64,000 nt of DNA from Eledone cirrhosa (lineage: Eukaryota): the NCBI GenBank assembly GCA_964016885.1, contig OZ024741.1, positions 287,060,001 through 287,124,000 on the forward strand, in the 5' to 3' direction. The notes beneath the pieces were generated by a model. The model ran no database searches and was not told where the DNA came from. It was given only the letters and a program-made list of their open reading frames with translations. Of this stretch, positions 55,647-64,000 are shown piece by piece. The position numbers and the translations under genes were made by a program. How positions within the stretch are numbered: the stretch's first letter is position 1; the number at the start of each line of letters is the position of its first letter.

Positions 55647-55858
55647 TTCTGCACAAATGTTGCTCCATTATTAGATCTAATGTTGCAACGATACAGTTAA
55701 ATGTTGTCTGTGTATTTTAAAAAAGATTTGCTTATAATCTTTTCAAATTTCATTACGCCAATGATTCAAGCTCAAATTGACATTAAATAAAAAAATGTAC
55801 AAACAGCGGTGGATTAGCAGTAGTGAACAGATAAATCAGTCAATTTATTAAGATTGAC

Positions 55859-56512
55859 TTGGCATCAATCAGCAAGACCTTCATTAGCTGCTCTCCAGCC
55901 ATATATTTAAAGCTGTATACATCTATGGTACGAATACACTTGGAGTTCGCGTCATCAGTCTGGAACCCCTATCTTGCTCAGAACATTGACCTCCTGGAAA
56001 CTGTTCAGAGACATGCAACCAAGCGCATACCCTCCATCAGACACCTACCATACCCTGAATATTTTGCTTCCCTCTGGCAATGGACTTGGTAAACACCCAC
56101 AAAGTTATTAACCATCCGACCAACAACAACCCCGAACACCTTTTTGATCTCCATGTGTCTAACACGTGTGGACATGCCTACAAAGTCAGAAAACAACACA
56201 GCTCCCATGACTTTAGGAAATATTTCTTCATGCTCAGAGTTGCTGAAGGATGGAACAAACTTCCTGCATCAGTTGTTAGCTGATGACACACTGCATCCTT
56301 TAAAACCATCATACATTCCGAAATACACCAAAACTACACCTGATGTCCCCCTTCCATACACATGCACATATGTGTATATCATGACTCATGCACTGTTCTT
56401 TTTTCATGACGTTTTTATATTACCCTATGTATTATATATGCACTTTTGATGAGTTGTAGTGCACCTCAGCATTGTACACAATATTTTCATTATTATTATC
56501 ATTATTATTATT
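55859..56512 (+). pseudogene. CR1-type LINE 3' fragment with (ATT)n tail
   Basis: LYTSMVRIHLEFASSVWNPY, LETVQR.ATK, FFMLRV..WNKLP. Confidence 0.88.
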
Positions 56513-57704
56513 ACACTCATTGATCCATTTTGCACTAACTCTGCATCAAGCACCCTCACCTAAATATTAACCAATCAAGGATCCAATACAGCTATCTGTT
56601 GGATGAGTATTGTATAGTGCCAAAAACGAAACCAATCAGTTTAGCAGAAAGTTTCCAGACAAGAAACACGCATATTTTGCTATCCTCAAACACGTTTACA
56701 CATGTCATGAAATATAACTAATCCGAGATGGCTAGGTTTCATCTTCTAACTGGATATACGAAATCCATTATGTCTTGACAACAACATGAGGTAACATTAT
56801 GTTATTCACAGACACACTTTGTACACTGTTCCATATCAGAATGTATTTCCTTCGTCACATTCACAAACAGTATTGAAAATATGTTCTTCGGCAAATAAAA
56901 ATGTTTTGTTCATAATATTTCAACTAGCGATTGCTCTACTCCACGCACGACCACCATAAATTAATGACCAGCTCAACACAAGTATTGGTAGAGCGTCAGA
57001 CACCATGCTTTGCAGTATTGTTATGGTCCTTTGCATTCTAAGTTCAAATCCTGCCGAGGTTAACTTCGACTTTCATACTTACTAATTCGATAAAATAAAG
57101 TACCAGTAATGGACTGCCGTAATGGATTTGTGCCGAAAAATAGAAACACTATTAATGTGCAATAAGAGCAAAATATAACGACATTGCTCAATTATTTTAT
57201 CTAATGTTGTAATAACACAAGGAAATGTTGTTTGTGTATTTTTTTTTATATTTGCTCATAGGCTTTTACAATTTCGCTCAGCCAACAACTATTAAAAAGT
57301 GAGTTGCTTAAGATAACAATTTAATCACAAATTGTTGCTATCTTTTAATACACTCCAACAAGTCATCAAATTATGTACAATAAAAACAAATCTTATTAAT
57401 TTGCTCAGGGAATATAAAGAAAATGTATATACACTGATAATTGCAATTGTATGTAAATATTTTGTTTTTGTATTGTTTATTTTATGTTTTCTATTATGTA
57501 TAATATATTGATTTAATATTGATTGTTTTTTGTAGTTGTTTATATTAAAAGTCTGAAAATATTTTTATACATCTTACACTAATATTTATAAGATAATTTA
57601 TAATAACAATTACATAATCTAATTACATTACAACGATAATTTATTATTAATATATATCCTATTTAACTAGAGTTATTACAAGCGTTGCCTTAAAAAAATA
57701 TTAA

Positions 57705-58661
57705 ACTAGACATGAAAAATGCGCAAGCTCAAAAGTGCCACAGAATGTTATAATAAACCTTCAAAAGTGTGGGACTAGAGTTGTTGCTAAAAAATATTGT
57801 AATCATTATATATCGTACATTCGGTGGCATCCTTTATAAAAATAGCTTAAACCAACGAAGCCTTTATTTTTACGCTATTTCACTTAGTTAATTCTTAGAG
57901 TGTAACATATAAAAATAAATACATCTATGTTTAATGTAATAACAGCTATAAATAATTACGTAATATTATTATCATATACTCATAGTAACAAAATAATTGT
58001 GTTGAAAATTAATATGATGCTTATATGAACGATCAAATCTATAATGATAATTTCTTAAATATACTAATAGTAAAATAATTTAGTTATCTATTGTTACATT
58101 TTCATAGAACTATAATATTAACAATCGTATTGCATTATCAAATTTTTATCACTACAAACTTTCATATTGGAATTACTTTAAGCCACTTATTATTACTTCG
58201 CTTTCGTACTTTTACAGCTGTAGATATTGCGCTGTATCTTATATCTAATATCAATATCTCATGGTAATTTGCATACAGTGTAAAATAGGTTTATTAATAA
58301 CTTTAATATGAAATGTATTATACAGGGCTGCGGAGTCGGCCAAAAATTGACTGGCTCCAACTCAGGATCCGATACTCCATTATTTCCTAAATTTCAGCTC
58401 CGCAGCTCTGTTATTATATTAATTAATTTATTTTATAGTTGTAAATCATATTTTTATATGTTACACTCTAAGAATTAACTAAGTGAAATAGCGTAAAAAT
58501 AAAGGCTTCGTTGGTTTAAGCTATTTTTATAAAGGATGCCACAGAATGTACGATATATAATGATTACAATATTTTTCAGCAACAACTCTAGTCCCACACT
58601 TTTGAAGGTTTATTATAACATTCTGTGGCTCTTTTGAGCTTGCGCATTTTTCATGTCTAGT
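57705..58661. repeat. ~213-bp inverted repeat with ~530-bp spacer containing a small MITE (58322-58411)
   Basis: Arms 57705-57917 / 58449-58661; MITE ends cagggctgcggag / ctccgcagctctg. Confidence 0.85.
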
Positions 58662-59278
58662 AATATATGTCTGTATGTCTAGCTGTCTGCTGCCTCCGGT
58701 TATTCTGCCACCCTTGCTCAAGACAAATCTCACACTCATTCCCCAAACAGTTGGTACGTGCACACAACATCTTCCTCACCTTTTAAGCCACAGTGTTGCT
58801 TACTTACGTACCACCAGACCCTTACTTCTTTGCCAGCCGTGGTTGTGGCATACTAAGCTTAGCTAAGGCGGTTATATATTTCACAATACCTTATCCCGTG
58901 CAACGCCGGATACCACTGCTAGTATAAATGACAGACGAATATTTAGTTGAATTTAACTCTCTTCTGAAATATGTGGCCTTGTGTGAATCATAAATATAAT
59001 TAATTTAGTCTTTAGGACATTCTGAGATCAAACAATACTCGAGGTCGACTTTGTCATTTATCTCTCTGTGTGTAAAAAATGTACATATCAAATGTCAGGA
59101 TTCATTTAATCGAGTATATACACGAGTAGCCATGTATGTATGTTATACGTCATTACATTGGTTTTCATGTTTCTATGTATGCATGGATCCGTTACTCTTG
59201 GTTCTTGGTGAAGTCGTAAGAGTACCGTAGTGGAATACAGCGTTTCTTCGGTACTTTAAACGTGGAAGAGCCTATCCC

Positions 59279-60080
59279 CTTCCCTGTAAATTGAAAAATT
59301 GGTAAACATCTTTAATCGTTTGTTGGATCTAATTGGACCCTCATCAGAAGACGTGTACATCATCCAATCAACCACAAGGAAACATGTATTTGATGGGTTT
59401 ATATATATACACATTCGCTCTTAGTATTATTCTGATATGGATGTACTAATTTGTATATAATTCGTACTTTCTGACATATTAGCTATGTGTATAAATTTTT
59501 ACACGCTAGTGCTGTCATGGTACACCCTGTATTTTATACATATATAAATTTATCATATAATTCGGCTGCTAGCACATTTCTTATATATCTTAATTAATTA
59601 CCAACACGGCGCTAATTATATGCAAATTAGTACGTCCATTTCAGAATAATTATTGTTTCTACTTTTGGCACAAGGTCAGCAATTACCCAGTGTATTACTA
59701 CTAGTTTATTTTATCGACTCCGTAAGGATGAAAGGCAAAGTTAACCTCGACGGGATTTGAACTCAGAATGGCAAGGGACGTAACTCTATGCGTTGAGGCA
59801 TGGCGTCCAACCCTCTACCGATATTGCCAATCCACCGCCCTATTCAGAATAATAATAAGAGCGAATGTGTATATATATACCTATCAGATACATGTTTCCT
59901 TATTGTAGATCTGAAAATCGATTAAAGATTATTATTTTTTCAATTTACAGGGAAATTAAAATTTTCTGGCATTTTTATATACCTGCATATTAGATATGTG
60001 TATATATTTATACATGTGTATATATTTATACATTCTCGATTACACACTCAGTATTTTATTGAGATATAACTTTATCATAT
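59279..60080. mobile_element. Fold-back of the 9570 HHR family, interrupted by a SINE (59650-59840)
   Basis: HHR 59306-59354(-) with CTGATGA intact but GAAA mutated; inverted pieces 59610-60020; TSD-like ttcagaataat. Confidence 0.7.
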
Positions 60081-60559
60081 ATATGTATATAGATAGGCAG
60101 AGACATATTATTTCGGACTCTGAAAGATTCCACCTGTGACGTCAGATATTCACGACGAATTGTATTCTACTTTGCTTGTATTCAGAATTATGATGAATTC
60201 AAAATTTATGTAAATATAGACATTACATCTATCATTATTTTCATCGAAGTTGAATAAATTTCCATCAGTTATTTTTTTCGATAGCCCTGAGCTAAATCAC
60301 TGTTGTCTTTAGATTGATATTTACAAATATGCACAAATAATTTTGGAATGGTTGAGCATGTGTGTACATAATACACCAACACACATGGATACACACATAT
60401 AAACACACGAATGAACGTAGGCGGTCAAAATGAACGCTGAACTTGTTAAAAAAAAAAGCCCAACCTCCTTCAAATCGTAGCCTAGTAACATAAATACCAA
60501 GTCAACGCTTATTTTTCCCGGCTCATTGAACATTGAACCAGTCAAGTACTGAGGTTGAT

Positions 60560-60629
<70 letters not shown>

Positions 60630-60895
60630 CTCTCTCTCTATCTCGCTCTCCCTCTCTCTCTCTCTCTGTCGTTCTCTTTCTCTCTCTCTCTCTTTCTCTC
60701 TCTCTCCTCTCTCTCTTATTTTCCCGGCTCAATGAACATTCAACCAGTCAAGTACTGGAGTTGATTCCCCCCCCCTCTTTCTCTCTCTCCCTTTCTTTCG
60801 TAATCTGCTACGTTGTGCCATATGTATTTACGAATATCTTTGCTGATATATTGGTACGCTACTTCCCTTCTTTTCTATGTATGTATGTATGTATG

Positions 60896-60929
<34 letters not shown>

Positions 60930-61529
60930 TGTATGTATGTATGTATGTATGTATGTATGTATGGATAGATGGATGGATGGATGAATGGATCTATAACTCC
61001 TGAGTAGTAGCATACAGCGTATTCTGGCCCTTTATTAAACATGGCAGAGCCAACCCATTCACCAGACCCGAATACAGTTAATTTCTTCCAAAGAATGAGA
61101 GAGAGGCAGTGGGAATGAGATATAGAGAACAATCAGACAACAGTTCTAGACTGGTACTTCTTTATTTATCTACCTCGAAAGAATGAAAGGTAAAATTGAC
61201 CTAGGAAATATTTGAACACAGAGGCTAGAGAGCTGGATGATTACTAGAAGTATTTCACCGAAGTTATAATGACTCAACCAATTCACCACCAGTTTCTCCT
61301 GTTATCGTTTGAATAATAGGTCAAGTGAAACTCAGCATCGATTCAAGAATCTTCATCTTCTAAAGCACACCATTCTATGTAGCCTCACTTTCGTTTAATC
61401 CGGCCCTTATGCCGAAACATCTTTTTTAAACATATTTAACTACCATTCTTCAGACGTGGCTGCAGCCTGGCTTAGCTTTTACATCGGTTGCCTTTTCATT
61501 CTCTTACTGTAGCAATTTTGCCTACAATA

Positions 61530-61860
61530 TTACAACCCCCTATGTTTCCAACTCTATTTATTCCAAATCACTACATCTTCATTTCGACCTCACAAACATT
61601 GGAAGAGACCGACATGAAGTTAACCGTATGATTTAGAGAGCATATGTTGAATGTTTGAAGAAATATCAAGCGATCACTTAAAGTCGATACTCACCATTTC
61701 AGTCCCCCACAGCGCCCCCACATTCAACATGTAGTTTATGGTCTCTTTCACCACCACATTACTCTTGCAGCCAGACTCTTCTGTGTATGACGAATTATTA
61801 CCTGATTAGGCTCATCCTCTCATTGAGAGAGCTAATAACCAATTAGATTTCCTTTAATAT
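61530..61860 (+). pseudogene. Degraded PLE GIY-YIG endonuclease (Neptune-like)
   Basis: SNSIY..NIG/ETDMKLTV*FREHMLNV..VDTHHF..VVYGL; stops and frameshifts. Confidence 0.6.
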
Positions 61861-62599
61861 TCCCACTCTCACTATAATATACTTCCTTACGATTCTTTGT
61901 TTACACACTTCTATCTTTTATTTTGCTACTTATACTGTTACACACTTCACCTTTATCCCGCTCACACATATATAGTATTGTGCCAATATCAACAGCGGTT
62001 CACACATTAATCATATATCACACTATATCATTTATATCTCTCTATATCACTCTATATCACACTATATCATTTATTATTTATATCACACTATATCACACTA
62101 TATCATTTTCCACTGTTAATTTACTGCTCAACGCATTCATTTCCAAACAATCAAATCTCTTAACCGTCCCCACATACGTTCCGCCATTGTCAGCCATTCT
62201 AATTTTATAACATTAACAGTTTCCTTCTTCAAATGAATTTTGTCTTCTTCTCCACCTATAAATCCTGACAAAGGAGAAATATTAGGAAACGCCGATCTCT
62301 CATTTTATAAGTTTACTTCATAGGACATTTCTTCTTTATTGTTTTTATGTTTTTTCTCATACATTGCTTTTTCTATGTATGTTCTTCTGGTTTTATAATT
62401 TCACAAATTTTTCCCAATAGAGAGAGAGTCGGTTTCTAATATAGACACAAGACGCTTTCATTGGAATTTACACAACATCAACTAGGTAGATTATGTATGC
62501 ATGCATGTGTAGATATGGATGTTATTGTATGTGTGGATGTGGATTTTTCAGTTGTATGTGTGCATGTGTATATGCTTTGTATCTGTACATATGTATATG

Positions 62600-64000
62600 C
62601 AGTTATTAGATGCAAAACTTTTGGAATGTTTTACATATTTTTACTGTTCCATTAATGGATTGTACTTGTAATTTCCTAACTAGTTGTGTTCTTTCTGTTC
62701 CTGTGAAGCCTAGCTTCTCAAGATTTGTATTGAGGCAGTTACTAACATATCCCAGTGCCCCATAAGCACAGGCATAAATCTGAAGGTGTAATCAGGGTGG
62801 AGTATCTGCAGATTTCTCATCAGTTCTGCATAAATAATCTCCTTTTTGCTAATCTTTGATATTATATTGGCATCTGCTGGGCAGCTAATTTCCACTACTG
62901 TGCATGCTTTCTTTTTCCTGTCCCATATCATAATATCTGGTCGGTTATGCCTGCATTTTATTGGGTTTTTTACTGGAACATTCCACCAGTACTCTTTCAT
63001 ATTATGTACATGGATGTCTTCCACATTGCTGTAGCTTTTAATGTGATTATTATCGGGGCTATCTTTTTTACGAACTGCATTGTACAGTGTTTTGGCCACA
63101 ACATCATGCCTCATAGGTAGATAGTACCGCGATGACATCTTTGGACAGCTGCTGATGACATGGGTGATATCCTCGATGTTAGTTCTGCAGAGTCTGCACT
63201 TGTTATCACATCTAGGTGTTTTGCCTGCATCTCTATCTCTTTTGTGAATCAGGTATTTCGTATTAATCTCCCGTTCTTGGATTGCAAAAGCGTATCCTTC
63301 AAAGTGGGAGCCAATATAGCGATTGTTGGTCCAAGATAGACTTCTTTCCTTATCTATATTACTCTCACTCTGGAGCTTCCTGGCAACATATCCATGCATG
63401 ATTTTTTGCTGATAAGCATGCAGTTTTCATCCATGGATTCACTGCGATACTGCTGAGCGACATCCCTGGGTGTGAGTTTTTGATTATCATACAGGGAATA
63501 TCTCTCGAGGAGTTCCTTCCCATCTCTCCTGATCTTATCAGGTAGACTTGCTCGAGAGACTGACTCCTACGCTTCGAGGTTCGTAGATGTCGGAGAGATA
63601 TGATACGACATTCAAATGCTGTCTGGACTGATGTTAAGCCTCTGCCTCCCTGCTTACGTTTCAAGTAAAGGCGGTCTATGATACTGTTGATGTGGAAGTT
63701 TCCGGTGTTGTTTAGTATTTTTCGAGTTCCAACATCAACTGCTCGGATTTCGTATATCGTCCAATTGATTCCAAACGATGGTGTTAGGACAGGCACCTCA
63801 AACACATTGTGAGTCACTGTTTTGTTTTGCGCAGAGAATTTCGATGACGAAATATTTCTTAATCGGGTGTAGTATTCCCTGGTTACGTATTCCTTACTAC
63901 AGATACCATTATAGGATATGTTCTCATCTAACGCCGGGTATCTGTAGCAGTCCTCATCAGATATCGGTGAAAGAGTTAGGCCATTGATGACAATGTTGCT
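62600..64000 (-). mobile_element. R4/Dong-clade LINE 3' part, related to 42073-44757; continues beyond window
   Basis: CRLC..HVISSC, RHD, YWWN, NRPDIMIWD..VEISCP, terminal KICKTF. Confidence 0.9.

Noticed and set aside
60511-60767. ~50-bp direct repeat around (TC)n
   Set aside because: Resembles SINE tail sequence duplicated locally; no sign of a distinct element
62265-62300. Possible HHR after the Neptune-like GIY-YIG
   Set aside because: Core ctgacaa and stems too degenerate to call

Overview
AT-rich, repeat-saturated animal DNA, most likely a coleoid cephalopod such as Octopus (inferred from the abundant tRNA-derived SINE and dense (TA)n/(CATA)n/(GATA)n tracts). No host gene can be supported; most track ORFs are microsatellite translations. 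Recognisable elements: one near-complete Tx1/L1-clade LINE in (GATA)n plus an internally deleted relative and Tx1 relics; three R4/Dong-type (RLE) LINE fragments; RTE and CR1 fragments; two mariner relics; two Helitron-like elements; about 20 SINEs; and several Penelope-like element (PLE) RT/GIY-YIG remnants. The main signal is more than 20 type I hammerhead ribozyme (HHR) motifs, intact or degenerate, from at least 10 sequence-unrelated short non-coding families, mostly lodged in (TA)n. They occur as 350-660 bp partial tandem units or as fold-back palindromes whose ribozymes point outward in every scorable case. Four have an unusually long (60-100 nt) stem II, and one element starts almost exactly at its predicted self-cleavage site. 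HHRs in PLE pLTRs/retrozymes are known; the diversity, stem II expansion and strict geometry here deserve follow-up. All folding and alignments were done by eye, so coordinates may be off by a few bases.
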